A stretch of DNA of 64,000 nucleotides from Candidatus Bathyarchaeia archaeon (GTDB taxonomy: Archaea > Thermoproteota > Bathyarchaeia > Bathyarchaeales > Bathycorpusculaceae): positions 1 to 64,000 of the forward strand of contig JBEKWR010000007.1 in assembly GCA_049512935.1 (NCBI GenBank). Direction: 5' to 3'. Position numbers and translations under genes: made by a program. Under the pieces are notes generated by a model, which was not told where the DNA came from, searched no databases, and saw nothing but the letters and a program-made list of their open reading frames with translations. This document shows, piece after piece, positions 19,202-28,681 of this stretch (its first letter is position 1; the number at the start of each line of letters is the position of its first letter).

Positions 19202-20490
19202 CTTAAAAGATTCTCCGAGTACAACTCATCGATACCAATGTCTTTCTTTAGGAAACGCATTACTTCTTCAGAGTCTGATGGGTGCATTGCCTTTGAAAAA
19301 CAGCCATCCCTAGTGACGAGAATTATTTCATCTACGTTCATGTTTTTAACAAATTGAGGGCTGTGCGTCGTAAGAACTAGTTGTCTCCCATTGGTTTTCG
19401 CGATGTCTTTAAGAATAGTCACCATTTTTGAAATTAGAAAAGGATGTATGTTTCTCTCTGGTTCCTCAACAACAACTAAGAAATCCCCTTTTCTCCTTGA
19501 CAAAAGTGCAACTAATAGCGCAGTTAAATATATGGTTCCATCAGATGTGAAAGTTGCTGGGATTGGTTTTTTAGCGCAATACTCTTCATTTAGATAAGTA
19601 ACAAGAGATTTATCAGCCATCTGCTTGACCGAATACCCTTTAACAAAAGGTAGCAGATCTCTGATTATCGATTGAAGTGTTTCCTTTCGTTGTTTGTTCT
19701 TCAACAGTTTGCTCAAGACAAGAGCAAGATTATGCCCATCGGGTTCGAGTTCATTTTTGCCAGTAATAGAATATGAGTATCTCGCAAGCTTGGGGTCAAT
19801 ATCGAAAAACTGCATGTCTCTTAAGAACAAGTAGAGAAGGTACGAAGAGAAAGTGCTGGTATACTCCCTCAAAATCACAAGGTCTTGGTTAGAACGCTTT
19901 AGCAATGATGGTGAAGGGGGTTCAAATTGAAAGGGTGCCTTTGGAATCAAATAAGCTCTCTCTAAGTCTTTTAGGAAGTTTGTTGGATCATCAAGCTTTG
20001 ACACAAATCGGTTTCCCTTTTTTCGTTCAATTATTATTTTAGCGCCAGCGGTTGCTGATGGTTCTTTGCTTTTTTTCGTAAATAAAAAGAGGTTAAGTGA
20101 ATTATGTAGCGATTCTTCAATGACTTGATACGTATTTGTCCTTTTATTGATGCTTATCTTAAATTGGTAGTATATGTCACCAAGATTGAAGGATTTTTTT
20201 GCATCTTTTGTCGTTGGAATATCCAATAAGCTATCATCTGTCAAATGTAGTTTAACTTCTATAGGCTCTTCTTTGCTTAGATTTACATTTCTTATCCAGT
20301 CTATTCCGCCTTGAAGTGATACCGCATCCTCCAAGCCCAAAATACAGATGTCGTTTAGGAATTTGAAGACGCTCACAAGGTTTGATTTCCCACTTGCATT
20401 TGGACCGATCAATAAGTTAACATCACCGAATTTCAATTTCAGTTCTTTGTAACTTTTGAAGTTCCTTATCTCCAAATCAACTATTTTCAT
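19198..20490 (-). CDS. ABC-type ATPase (AAA_21 / OLD-AbiL-like)
   Basis: IRNFKSY, Walker A GPNASGKSN, signature SDGT, Walker B VVEEPE, IHP, TTHSP. Confidence 0.92.
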   Translation of the reverse strand: MKIVDLEIRNFKSYKELKLKFGDVNLLIGPNASGKSNLVSVFKFLNDICILGLEDAVSLQGGIDWIRNVNLSKEEPIEVKLHLTDDSLLDIPTTKDAKKSFNLGDIYYQFKISINKRTNTYQVIEESLHNSLNLFLFTKKSKEPSATAGAKIIIERKKGNRFVSKLDDPTNFLKDLERAYLIPKAPFQFEPPSPSLLKRSNQDLVILREYTSTFSSYLLYLFLRDMQFFDIDPKLARYSYSITGKNELEPDGHNLALVLSKLLKNKQRKETLQSIIRDLLPFVKGYSVKQMADKSLVTYLNEEYCAKKPIPATFTSDGTIYLTALLVALLSRRKGDFLVVVEEPERNIHPFLISKMVTILKDIAKTNGRQLVLTTHSPQFVKNMNVDEIILVTRDGCFSKAMHPSDSEEVMRFLKKDIGIDELYSENLLR

Positions 20491-20715
20491 GGATTGAAAC
20501 GCCCTAAGTCTTATTGTACAGTTTGAGTTTAAATAGCATTGCATGTTTTCTGGTTTACCGAAAGCTGAATATTAATATAAGTGACTTCCAGGCACGCGCA
20601 TGCTCGAGTTATAAAGTTAATAACTGACTGGTTTAACGAATATACCATTTTCACTTTGATCAAATTTTAACATTCTTTTCGGTTGGTATTTTTCGGGTTT
20701 TTTCATTGGTTTTGC

Positions 20716-21308
20716 CTAATGTACAGTCTTGTTCCATCCATTGTGTCCTGTGTCGCTCAATGCGTGTATTACTGCTCTATACATTGTCCAATTTTTCATC
20801 TTGTTGTCTGTGAAGAGTTTGCGTATAACTTCTCTTGTTGCTCTTTTTGCGCCTATGCAGTCTCCCTGTGGGTAGTCGTTTCTTCTCATTTTGAGTGGGT
20901 AGTAGTGGCATTCAAAGAATGAGCGTATGGCTGCGAAAATGAGTTGTTGTGTTGATGCCGAGTAGCCATCTTGTTTCTTTTTGTTGATGTATCCGAGGAA
21001 TTGTGTTTCTATTGTTCTTTGGATTTTTGGGTTCGGGTTTATTGTATCTTTCATTCGTTTCTCTAAAAGTTTGTCGGGGGTTGTGTTCAAGAATTGGCAG
21101 AATTCTGTGAAGAATTCTTAGATATCGGAGTTTCGTTGCTGTGGCTCTGTTTGCGAGCTGGTTTTTCCACTCTTCTATTGCCGTGGAATCACTTATGTTG
21201 TTGTGGGCGTTCTTCTGTTGCTGTGGGTCAAAATTTGGGCTGGTGTGTTGGTTGTAACCCGCTTCACGGGTTAGGATTTTTGCAGTCTTGGGTTGTTTCT
21301 ATGTTCAT
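20716..21308 (-). pseudogene. truncated, frameshifted tyrosine recombinase/integrase (N-terminal core-binding domain only)
   Basis: Upstream frame IEEWKNQLANRATATKLRYLR shifts to FFTEFCQFLNTTPDKLL...AAIRSFFECH...; ORF breaks at SDTG where the catalytic TGxR would follow. Confidence 0.7.
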
Positions 21309-21403
21309 TTCAATCCTTGTGTTCTTATTGTTGATAGCTAGCTGCTAGGTTTTTTGAGGTTTAATTACCTAAAATAAAAGATGCTATTGGTTATGGGCGG
21401 TAA

Positions 21404-21721
21404 TTATAAAGTTGTAATATACTTATCCAATGCTTCGCAATATATTCCTATTCTTGTTCCTTCTCCGTAGTAATTCGTATGATAACCTCAACAGCACTTA
21501 AAGACATATGCAGAAGCCCTTCTGGTTTCTTTCATTGAGAAAACGTAAAACTCATTCACCTTCATGTTTTCCGCTTTTAGCGACGCTTGCTTTTACAATA
21601 AATGGTTCCTATTCTTCTCTGTTCTTAAAGCGAGTTCGCCTTTACCATTCACAAATTCCCACGCTTTGTTAAAATCGCTCACTAATGTAACGGTTCGTTG
21701 ATGGATCTCATATTTGGGCAT
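21404..21721 (-). pseudogene. disrupted small hypothetical gene
   Basis: MPKYEIHQRTV...LRTE joins across frameshifts and stops to PFIVKASVAKSGKHEGE*VLRF... and AYVFKCC*GYHTNYYGEGTRIGIYCEALDKYI. Confidence 0.5.
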
Positions 21722-21829
21722 ATTATAACATCTCGGATTGACGCTTTATAACGGTTTTTAATAAATGACTCTAAAGCCACGTAAAAATACGAAAAAGTCT
21801 TAAAAGCAAAAAAAGGGAATACTGAAAGG

Positions 21830-22351
21830 ATGCCAATCAGAAATATGTGGTCTCTAGAATGCGGTGAGGTTTTAACCGCTGAAGCTATATTGGAGCACGT
21901 TAAAGGTGCTGAAATCTATTTTCCACTGCATGACATAGGCACAGATTTGCTTGTTATGAAGGGATGCAATCATGTTTCAGTTCAAGTTAAGGAAAGCAGG
22001 TATTTTACACAGAGAATGTTGAGAGGGTCGATAGGTCATAGTTGGCACCAGATTCATAAGAGGAAACTGGAAAAGGAGAATGTGGATTTTTATATCTTCC
22101 TAACATACCTTCCCCGATTTGATGAGCACAAAATGGCTTCTTTCGAAAACAAATTTGTAATTGTTCCAACGGACGACTTAAAGAAGCTTGTGAAGGATAA
22201 GAATTCTGGAGAGAAAGGCATCTATAGCTTTTATTTCAATTTCCGAGAAAAGAAGGTTTTTGATAAAAGGGATGGTTTAACCGATTATTCAAAATATCTT
22301 GATCGTTGGAATTCAATCGAAGAGTCGCTTAAGGATGGAACAAAGAGGTGA
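21830..22351 (+). CDS. PD-(D/E)XK superfamily nuclease-like protein
   Basis: GE...DIGTDLLV...VSVQVKES, VDFYIFL, FVIVP pattern. Confidence 0.7.
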   Translation: MPIRNMWSLECGEVLTAEAILEHVKGAEIYFPLHDIGTDLLVMKGCNHVSVQVKESRYFTQRMLRGSIGHSWHQIHKRKLEKENVDFYIFLTYLPRFDEHKMASFENKFVIVPTDDLKKLVKDKNSGEKGIYSFYFNFREKKVFDKRDGLTDYSKYLDRWNSIEESLKDGTKR

Positions 22352-22355
22352 GAGT

Positions 22356-22487
22356 ATGTCTTTCAAGTGTCCGAAATGTAGCTATTCAACACGTTTCCAT
22401 GTTGAAAAAGTAGGGTCAACTTACATTTTAAAATGTGAACGCACTAAAGCATGTGGTTGGCAGATAGACTTAGTCGAGAAAAACTAA
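22356..22487 (+). CDS. small zinc-ribbon protein
   Basis: MSFKCPKC...CERTKACGW, SD GAGGTGA upstream. Confidence 0.6.
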   Translation: MSFKCPKCSYSTRFHVEKVGSTYILKCERTKACGWQIDLVEKN

Positions 22488-22621
22488 ACGAAATACTAGT
22501 CCAAATAACAGGAACCTTTCTTTCTATTTTCTTATCCTAAGCCGTAGGAGAACTTCGTAAAAAAGCATAACTGTTGAATACCAGGCAAATTTATTTAGTT
22601 AAAGAGTGCTAACCTGATATC

Positions 22622-23107
22622 ATGAAGTTTAAGGAAATAATTAAGAGAATAACAGGGATAAGCACACCTATTTTTGGGGTTTCTTGGAATCCTGACCATA
22701 CCGAGAGAGACATTGCTCGGCAAGTAATTGTTTTTCTAGAAGACAGAAGGGTTTTGTATGTTCCTTGCGAAATGGAATGTCCTGACCATTGCGTTCAGTC
22801 AGTTTTGCAGATGAGAGAATTCTTAACCGCGAGGATAGCAGAAACACCTGAAAAGACTGAGCTATCTAATTCTTTGAGAGCTATGAGGGCTGCCTGCAGA
22901 AAATTTCTTGGAGCTGTGGGCGACCCTCATGGAGAAGTGGTAAGGTTTGGTTTTCAGTCGGGGCATTATGCAAGTTGGAAATTCCTTAGTGCGATTGGCG
23001 AGTTAAGAGGTATTTTCGGTGTTCAGGTTGCCAAGATAGCGGTTGCATACGGCATTGATGTGGAAAAAGAATTGGCTTCGATTCTTCCAGAAGAGGACAG
23101 AGATTAG
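22622..23107 (+). CDS. DUF6650-like hypothetical protein
   Basis: RITGISTPIFGVSW, FLEDRRVLY, SLRAMRAACRKFL, GELRGIFG. Confidence 0.75.
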   Translation: MKFKEIIKRITGISTPIFGVSWNPDHTERDIARQVIVFLEDRRVLYVPCEMECPDHCVQSVLQMREFLTARIAETPEKTELSNSLRAMRAACRKFLGAVGDPHGEVVRFGFQSGHYASWKFLSAIGELRGIFGVQVAKIAVAYGIDVEKELASILPEEDRD

Positions 23108-23354
23108 AAACCCGCCTTTACAGGAACCCTTTGGATCTTCTGGCTACTGCGTCTGCAATTTTCAATTCAATTGGGAACGAGAAGGACCTGTGTTTCCATA
23201 GGTACTTCTCAATTTTGTTCATCAATGAGTAAGCCGTCTTGAAGGCAGTTAGTAATTGAAGATGGGTTTTTGATCCTTCCTAAACGTCTGCGGGCAAGCC
23301 TGCAGAATCCAAAAAGGCGATGCTACACAGACGCTGAAGTTTGGTAAAGAAGAG

Positions 23355-23532
23355 TTTTGGAATATTCCAAAAATGCAACCCCAAAATCACCCGAGCAACG
23401 CCACACACGCCTTAATCATCTTAAAGGTTTTAAGCCTAAACAAAAAAAGCAACGCAAAACAAGCCCTGATTGCCGACCGAGTAGGGGGGAGGGGGTCTAC
23501 TATTTACATCAAAATTCCATTGTAAATATGGG
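23355..23532 (+). repeat. dispersed non-coding repeat, copy 2 (palindrome plus right arm only)
   Basis: Palindrome 23355-23372; AAGCCTAAACAAAAAAAGCAAC; G-run; TTTACATCAAAATTCCA at 23503-23519; AAATATGGG. Confidence 0.8.
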
Positions 23533-23634
23533 TCGCGCCAAAGCGGAAAATCGCATGTTTTCCTCAGAACAAAAGTCTCAACTTAAAAAAACACAAAAAA
23601 ACAAACAAAAGAAAAAGAGCCCAAGAAAGCCCTT

Positions 23635-24039
23635 TTATTTAAGCGGCACGTACATTGAAGATCGCGAAGCGCCGATTCCTGGGGTGCCATGGCGGACAGG
23701 CTTGTTGGTTATGGCGAATTCGCCGAGGTAGTGCCCGATCATTTCAGGTTTCACTTCGACAGCGACGAACTCTTTGCCGTTGTGAATCTGGATCTTGACG
23801 CCGACCATTTCAGGCAGAATGATAAGGTCGCGAACGTGCGTTTTCAAGTTGACTTCTTTACCCTGCTTCTGAGCTTCTTTGGCTTCACGCAGCTTCTCCA
23901 GCAGAATCCGCTGCTCAGGAGTAAGTCCACGCTGCAAGCTTCTTCGCTGCCTAGACGGAAGCAAGTTAATGAACTCGTCCATAGACATACCTGTCAAACT
24001 GTTCAGGCTATGCCCACGGTAACTAAACTCTTTTGGCAT
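23635..24039 (-). CDS. rps19: 30S ribosomal protein S19
   Basis: [36 protein letters not shown]. Confidence 0.98.
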   Translation of the reverse strand: MPKEFSYRGHSLNSLTGMSMDEFINLLPSRQRRSLQRGLTPEQRILLEKLREAKEAQKQGKEVNLKTHVRDLIILPEMVGVKIQIHNGKEFVAVEVKPEMIGHYLGEFAITNKPVRHGTPGIGASRSSMYVPLK

Positions 24040-24092
24040 ACTTCATCTTCACCTTAAACACTTTTTAAACGCTATAAACCTTATGACCGTCC

Positions 24093-24833
24093 TCAGCGGA
24101 TCGCACGCTTCTTCTTCTGTCCCGGACCACGCGCAGCAATCAACCCGACTTTCTGCCCAGGAGGAGCACCATGCGAGGTTGTCGTGCATCTGCGAGCGCT
24201 TCGTTTGCTGCTTCCATATGGGTGCACAGCTGGAACCATTTTGCGTCCGCTAGTTCTCGGGTACTTGTGACCTTTAGCCTTCATCAGATGGAATTTCGCG
24301 CCTGCCTTAAGGAACGGCTTCTCGATTCTTCCAGACGCCGAAACCACGCCGACAGTTGCCAAGCAGTAATCGTCAACGTACCTTGTTCTTCCCGAAGGCA
24401 ACCGAATCATCGTGCCTTGCGGAGTATGACCCACCACGGTGGCGTAAGCACCTGAAGCCTTCGCCATTTTTCCACCGTCACCTGGGCGGAGTTCTAGATC
24501 GCAAACTATGGTTCCTTCAGGCACTTTTCCTAACGGAAGAATGTTGCCTATTTCGGCTGAAGCTTTTCCCCCGTAAAAGATTTGTTGCCCAACGAAAATA
24601 CCCTCAGGAGTAACTGTGTAGCAAGATAAGCCGTTGTCAAATTTTATTAGCGACAATGGTGCTCCGCTGCCAGGATTATGCATGAGCGCTTCTATTCTGC
24701 CTGACAATGAAGCATCAAAGGATTCTTTAGGTGCGATTATTGGGTACTTTGCAGGGGCAACCCTTTTGTGAGTTGAAGCCCGCCAGTTTTGACCACCGCG
24801 ACCACGTCTCTGAACACGAATTCGTTTTCCCAT
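24093..24833 (-). CDS. rpl2: 50S ribosomal protein L2
   Basis: MGKRIRVQRRGRG, PGDGGK, KAG, HPYG, PPGQKVGLIAAR. Confidence 0.97.
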   Translation of the reverse strand: MGKRIRVQRRGRGGQNWRASTHKRVAPAKYPIIAPKESFDASLSGRIEALMHNPGSGAPLSLIKFDNGLSCYTVTPEGIFVGQQIFYGGKASAEIGNILPLGKVPEGTIVCDLELRPGDGGKMAKASGAYATVVGHTPQGTMIRLPSGRTRYVDDYCLATVGVVSASGRIEKPFLKAGAKFHLMKAKGHKYPRTSGRKMVPAVHPYGSSKRSARRCTTTSHGAPPGQKVGLIAARGPGQKKKRAIR

Positions 24834-24853
24834 AAGTCATGCTTCCAATTAGT

Positions 24854-25114
24854 TTATAGTATTCCTAGTTTTATTGCGACGTCTGAAGCCTTGAATTCAG
24901 GCGTTAGCTTCACGAAAGCCTTTTTCACGCCTTGTGGAGTGATAAGCAGGTTTACTTTGCTTACTTTAACTTCGTAAAGTTCTTCAACGGCTTTTCTTAT
25001 GTCGCTTTTCCCTGCTTTAAAGTTGACTATGAATATCAGCTTGTTATCTTTTTCAACCATTAAACTCGCGGATTCCGTCATTAACGGGTAGAATATAACT
25101 TCGTTGACGTCCAT
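24854..25114 (-). CDS. rpl23: 50S ribosomal protein L23
   Basis: PLMTE, VSKVNLLI, KKAFVKL. Confidence 0.97.
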   Translation of the reverse strand: MDVNEVIFYPLMTESASLMVEKDNKLIFIVNFKAGKSDIRKAVEELYEVKVSKVNLLITPQGVKKAFVKLTPEFKASDVAIKLGIL

Positions 25115-25908
25115 TATTCGGTTTCTCCTTTACTGTAGAGTTTATTCAAGCTTTCAATAGCGCCATTTGTCCAAAGCGTTAATCGGCCGGGATGAGTTCC
25201 TGGCGCTAGCATTTCAGTGTTAAGATTGGTGACTGACGTTACCTCGACGCCTGGAACGTTGCTTGCAGCGTTGGCTAAGCCTTTATTGTCAACCACTACG
25301 ATCAGCGGTCCCACTGCTTGCTTCATTTTCCTGCCTCTGTGCTTGCCTTTGCCTGCTCGGATTTTTCGGCTGTCTCGCACTCGGGCGATATCGTTTATGA
25401 TGCCTAGTTTTTTGAAGACTTCTTCGACTTCTTTAGCTTTTGTTAAGCCCTCGATTGCGTCGTCAACTATCAGCGGTATGCCTGCAACAGATTCAACGCG
25501 GTGTCCACGTGAGGCTACTGTGTCTTTTTGTGCTGTGGCTGCAATCGCTGAAAATAACGCTAATTTGGCCTCTTTCTTTGGTATGCTTTTGAGGATTTTC
25601 TTTTCTGCTCTTGGAGGATGAGGCTGTCTTCCTTTAACTGTGCTTGGAGCAAAAGCTGCTCTTGCGCTGCCGCCTTTTATGCGGGGAACCCTTGCCTGGG
25701 CGCTGCCTGTTCCGCGTGATTCTGCGCTGGTTCTTTTTCCAGCCATCGGGTCTCTGCCTTGCGGTTGCAGCCTGCTTGATTGTATTGCAAGAACCGCCCG
25801 TTTGATCACGTCGGGCCTAAGTGGCGTAGAGAATATTGGTGGAAGCTTGATGTTGCCTGCGGATTCGCCTTGTAGATCGAACACTTTTGCTGTTTTTTGT
25901 TCTGGCAT
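25114..25908 (-). CDS. rpl4: 50S ribosomal protein L4
   Basis: RPDVIKRA, AESRGTG, RAGKGKHRGR, LAPGTHPGRLTLWT. Confidence 0.97.
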   Translation of the reverse strand: MPEQKTAKVFDLQGESAGNIKLPPIFSTPLRPDVIKRAVLAIQSSRLQPQGRDPMAGKRTSAESRGTGSAQARVPRIKGGSARAAFAPSTVKGRQPHPPRAEKKILKSIPKKEAKLALFSAIAATAQKDTVASRGHRVESVAGIPLIVDDAIEGLTKAKEVEEVFKKLGIINDIARVRDSRKIRAGKGKHRGRKMKQAVGPLIVVVDNKGLANAASNVPGVEVTSVTNLNTEMLAPGTHPGRLTLWTNGAIESLNKLYSKGETE

Positions 25909-25920
25909 AAACTTTCAACC

Positions 25921-26934
25921 TTACTTTCCTTGAGGTGACTCCAGCGAAACGTACGTGACCTGTGGTGGTGCCTCTGGGATTTCTCGGGGTGGACGTGCTG
26001 GGAAACGCAGGCGAATTTGGCGTTTTTCGGTTCCTGGGATGCTTCCTTCTATGAGGACGTAGGGTCCTTTTACTTCGCCGTACCGGATGAATCCGCCTTT
26101 GACGGTTACTTCTTTGCCGTCTTTGCCGATTTTAAGTATGCGTTTGTTGAATTCTATGCGTTGGTGGTAGCCCATCTGTCCCGCTCTCGGGATTGAGTAC
26201 ATGAGGTGGTGAGGGTTCCATGGTCCTAAGGTGGCGATGCCGCGTTTGGTTTTGCGTCCTTTGTGCTGCAGGATGGTTACGCCCCAGCGTTTGACTGGCC
26301 CTTGGAAGCCTTTGCCGGTTGTGATTCCGGCTATGTCCACGTATTGCCCGTCTTTGAAGACTTCTTCAGGCGCGACGGTTTTGCCGAGCAGTTGCTTTGC
26401 GTATTCGAACTGCTGCTGGACTGTGCCTCCGCCGATTTGAACCTCGCATGTTTCAGGCTTCTTTTTGGAGAGGCTTGTCTGTGTCGGCTGGGTTGCGGTG
26501 ATGACTCTGACGGCGTCTGTTTGGTCGAGGTTTTGCTGGAGTTTTTCAAGCATTGCGTCGGTGTCGAAGTTTTCCGGGAGGACCAGCAGTCGGTCAAGGA
26601 TTGCCGGCGGGTCGTTCATCCATGCCTCGCTGATGTTTTGGAGGCCGTAGGGTGTTTTTGTGTAAGTTCGGATGCCGCAGACGAGGATCGGCGGCGTTTC
26701 AAGTATGGTTGCTGCTCGCATGACTTCTTTGCCGAAGTTTGGTGAGCGTTTGCGGTCTTCGATGGCGAAGACGTAGGTCATGCCTGCCTTGTAGGCGCTG
26801 AAGCCCAGCAGCCTTGGAGAATCAGAGTTTATTTTTGGCCAGTATCGGATTCTCGCGACTGGCCGTTTGGCTCGTTTTCTCGGCAGGTAGGCTAGTGAAC
26901 CGTGTTTTGGAGCGTGAGTTTTACGATGTCCCAT
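25921..26934 (-). CDS. rpl3: 50S ribosomal protein L3
   Basis: GSLAYLPRKRA, YKAGMT, GKGFQGPVKRWG, RAGQMGYHQR. Confidence 0.97.
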   Translation of the reverse strand: MGHRKTHAPKHGSLAYLPRKRAKRPVARIRYWPKINSDSPRLLGFSAYKAGMTYVFAIEDRKRSPNFGKEVMRAATILETPPILVCGIRTYTKTPYGLQNISEAWMNDPPAILDRLLVLPENFDTDAMLEKLQQNLDQTDAVRVITATQPTQTSLSKKKPETCEVQIGGGTVQQQFEYAKQLLGKTVAPEEVFKDGQYVDIAGITTGKGFQGPVKRWGVTILQHKGRKTKRGIATLGPWNPHHLMYSIPRAGQMGYHQRIEFNKRILKIGKDGKEVTVKGGFIRYGEVKGPYVLIEGSIPGTEKRQIRLRFPARPPREIPEAPPQVTYVSLESPQGK

Positions 26935-27134
26935 AGATTATCCGCTTCGCGCCTTTAGCAAATAGAAGGAGAGGTTATAAACATTACCGTCAGAAACTAA
27001 AAAGTAAGCCGCCCAATAAGCTTTCGGTCGCATCGCCTGCTAGTTCGGTCGGTTACGCTTTTTTGTTAAAAACCATCTTTACCCTGGGACTTTAATGTTG
27101 CGATGAGGTCTCCCTGTCGGTCGGCGGGCATTTC

Positions 27135-27480
27135 TAACCCATATTTGTGTTGGAATTTTGATGTAAAAATGGGGTACCCTCCCTCGGCAGGTGGCTTCTG
27201 CTCAGGGTTTGTTTTGGGTTGCTTTTTTGGTTTAGGCTTGGATTCTTTTGCAGGTTTGGGCTGGGTGAGTTGGGAAATGTAGGGTTTCTGCTTAACAGTT
27301 TTGGAATATTCCAAAAGTTTATACGACTAACCGCTGGGCAATGAGCACTGGGAAATGCGGCTCTTGGTTAAGGCTTGTTTGGAGTGATTTTTCGGTTTAG
27401 ATCTCAAATAAGGCTGGGTTATCATTGTTTTCCAGCGCGATAAACGAAAAATTAGCGTTTTATGTATAAACCAATTTTTA
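27135..27480 (-). repeat. dispersed non-coding repeat, copy 3 (inverted; palindrome 27299-27316)
   Basis: Reverse complement aligns with copy 1 in both arms. Confidence 0.85.
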
Positions 27481-27611
27481 CCAGCCCCGAAGCGTTCGCA
27501 TCGAAGGACACCACCCTCCAAAGACAACCTTACCCCACCCCCAAAAGCTTAGACGCGGTAGAGCAACACTGGAAAACATTTTTACACCTCAGAAACAATC
27601 CCTATATGCGC

Positions 27612-27735
27612 GCCGGGGTGGCAGAGTGGTTAATGCGCCGGCCTCGAGAATTGTAAAAAAGAGGGCTAAGACCGAAAGGCAAGAAAGCCGGTGGGCTTCG
27701 CGCTCGCAAGGGTTCGAATCCCTTCCCCGGCGCCA
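27612..27735 (+). tRNA. tRNA-Ser(CGA) with 37 nt of intron sequence in the anticodon loop
   Basis: GCCGGGG/CCCCGGC acceptor, CCGGC-CTCGAG[27649-27685]A-GCCGG, long variable arm GGGC-TTCGC-GCTC, AAGGG-TTCGAAT-CCCTT, GCCA. Confidence 0.9.
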
Positions 27736-27830
27736 ATTTACCAGCAGCGTTCAACTAAAACGTTTATATCAAAAATAGCCATAAATATAGCCTCATCATT
27801 TTTTTGTTTTTGGCTCTATTGCACGGCATG

Positions 27831-27853
27831 ACCGGGCCGAGGGGATTTGAGCC
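27831..27853 (-). other. tRNA 3'-end-like fragment (possible att scar)
   Basis: Reverse complement GGCTCAAATCCCCTCGGCCCGGT resembles T loop plus acceptor 3' strand. Confidence 0.4.
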
Positions 27854-27975
27854 GAAGGGGTTCCGGGCAGTCAACTGTATTGCTGTTAATTTGGCGCAGC
27901 CCGTCTGAATAACCTCCATCTCGCGTGCGCGACTAATTTGGCTAATGGCTCCGCTAAACCCAAGTTCTTGGACTT

Positions 27976-28605
27976 TTATTCTTGCTTAAGGTGATTGCGT
28001 TTTGCAATCACCCTCTTGTTTCGCGCTGCTAAATCGGCTTTCCTCTTTTCTAGCTCCTGTTTGATCTTTTCCTGATTAAGGAAATCCTCTAAGAACTGCT
28101 TCAAGTTTTCATGCATTTTTTTGGCAGGCAACCTCAAATGCTCTGTTGCCTCGGCGCTTGGCTGAAGATAGCCGCGTTCTGTCAGATAAAAGATAACGCT
28201 TGAGTAGTCCTCCGCCACTGCGCAATCAACCGTTTCTTTGCCTAGCTCCTTACACGCCCAATACCTGTGATGACCATCTAAAACTGCATAAACATCTAGG
28301 CGAGGATGCTTAACAACAACTATGGGTTCAATCGACTCGTTCGCTTCAATTTTTTTCTTGTAGTATTCGACGCCGTCCCGTGAAACTTTTGTATCGGCAA
28401 TTATTTTATCAATGGCAATAGATCTCGCATACTTGCGGGGATTAATTAGTACGTCGGGGCTAAACTGCGGTCGCTCACCCCTCTTTCTTCTATCCATCAA
28501 CGATAGAGCATCGTCTTTAACGATATTAGCAAAATCAGCTGTAATATCAAAGTACCCCAAGATTAAATACGTGTTCAACCACCGATATCTAATTTTCCCT
28601 GCCAT
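27976..28605 (-). CDS. ParB/sulfiredoxin N-terminal domain protein
   Basis: IEPIVVV...YAVLDGHHRYWACKELG; C-terminal coiled coil; no clear HTH; likely start 28605. Confidence 0.85.
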   Translation of the reverse strand: MAGKIRYRWLNTYLILGYFDITADFANIVKDDALSLMDRRKRGERPQFSPDVLINPRKYARSIAIDKIIADTKVSRDGVEYYKKKIEANESIEPIVVVKHPRLDVYAVLDGHHRYWACKELGKETVDCAVAEDYSSVIFYLTERGYLQPSAEATEHLRLPAKKMHENLKQFLEDFLNQEKIKQELEKRKADLAARNKRVIAKRNHLKQE

Positions 28606-28681
28606 GGGAGTAAGATTGTTAGTTACGTTGAGGTCTAAACGGTTCCCAGAATCGTGAAAAGTGTTGCCAGTTTTTTTCCAT

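Larger units (their letters stand above)
17200..23354. mobile_element. decayed integrated element / defence islet
   Basis: Visibly AT-richer than flanks; integrase pseudogene, ATPase-TOPRIM pair, nuclease, RHH protein, second pseudogene; boundaries approximate. Confidence 0.7.

Noticed and set aside
10263-27316. Palindromic repeats as a CRISPR array
   Set aside because: Copies are kilobases apart with no repeat-spacer periodicity and no cas genes.
27299-28605. Palindrome as parS for the nearby ParB-domain protein
   Set aside because: The protein has only the ParB/Srx catalytic domain with no evident HTH, and there is no parA; proximity to one of three copies is insufficient.
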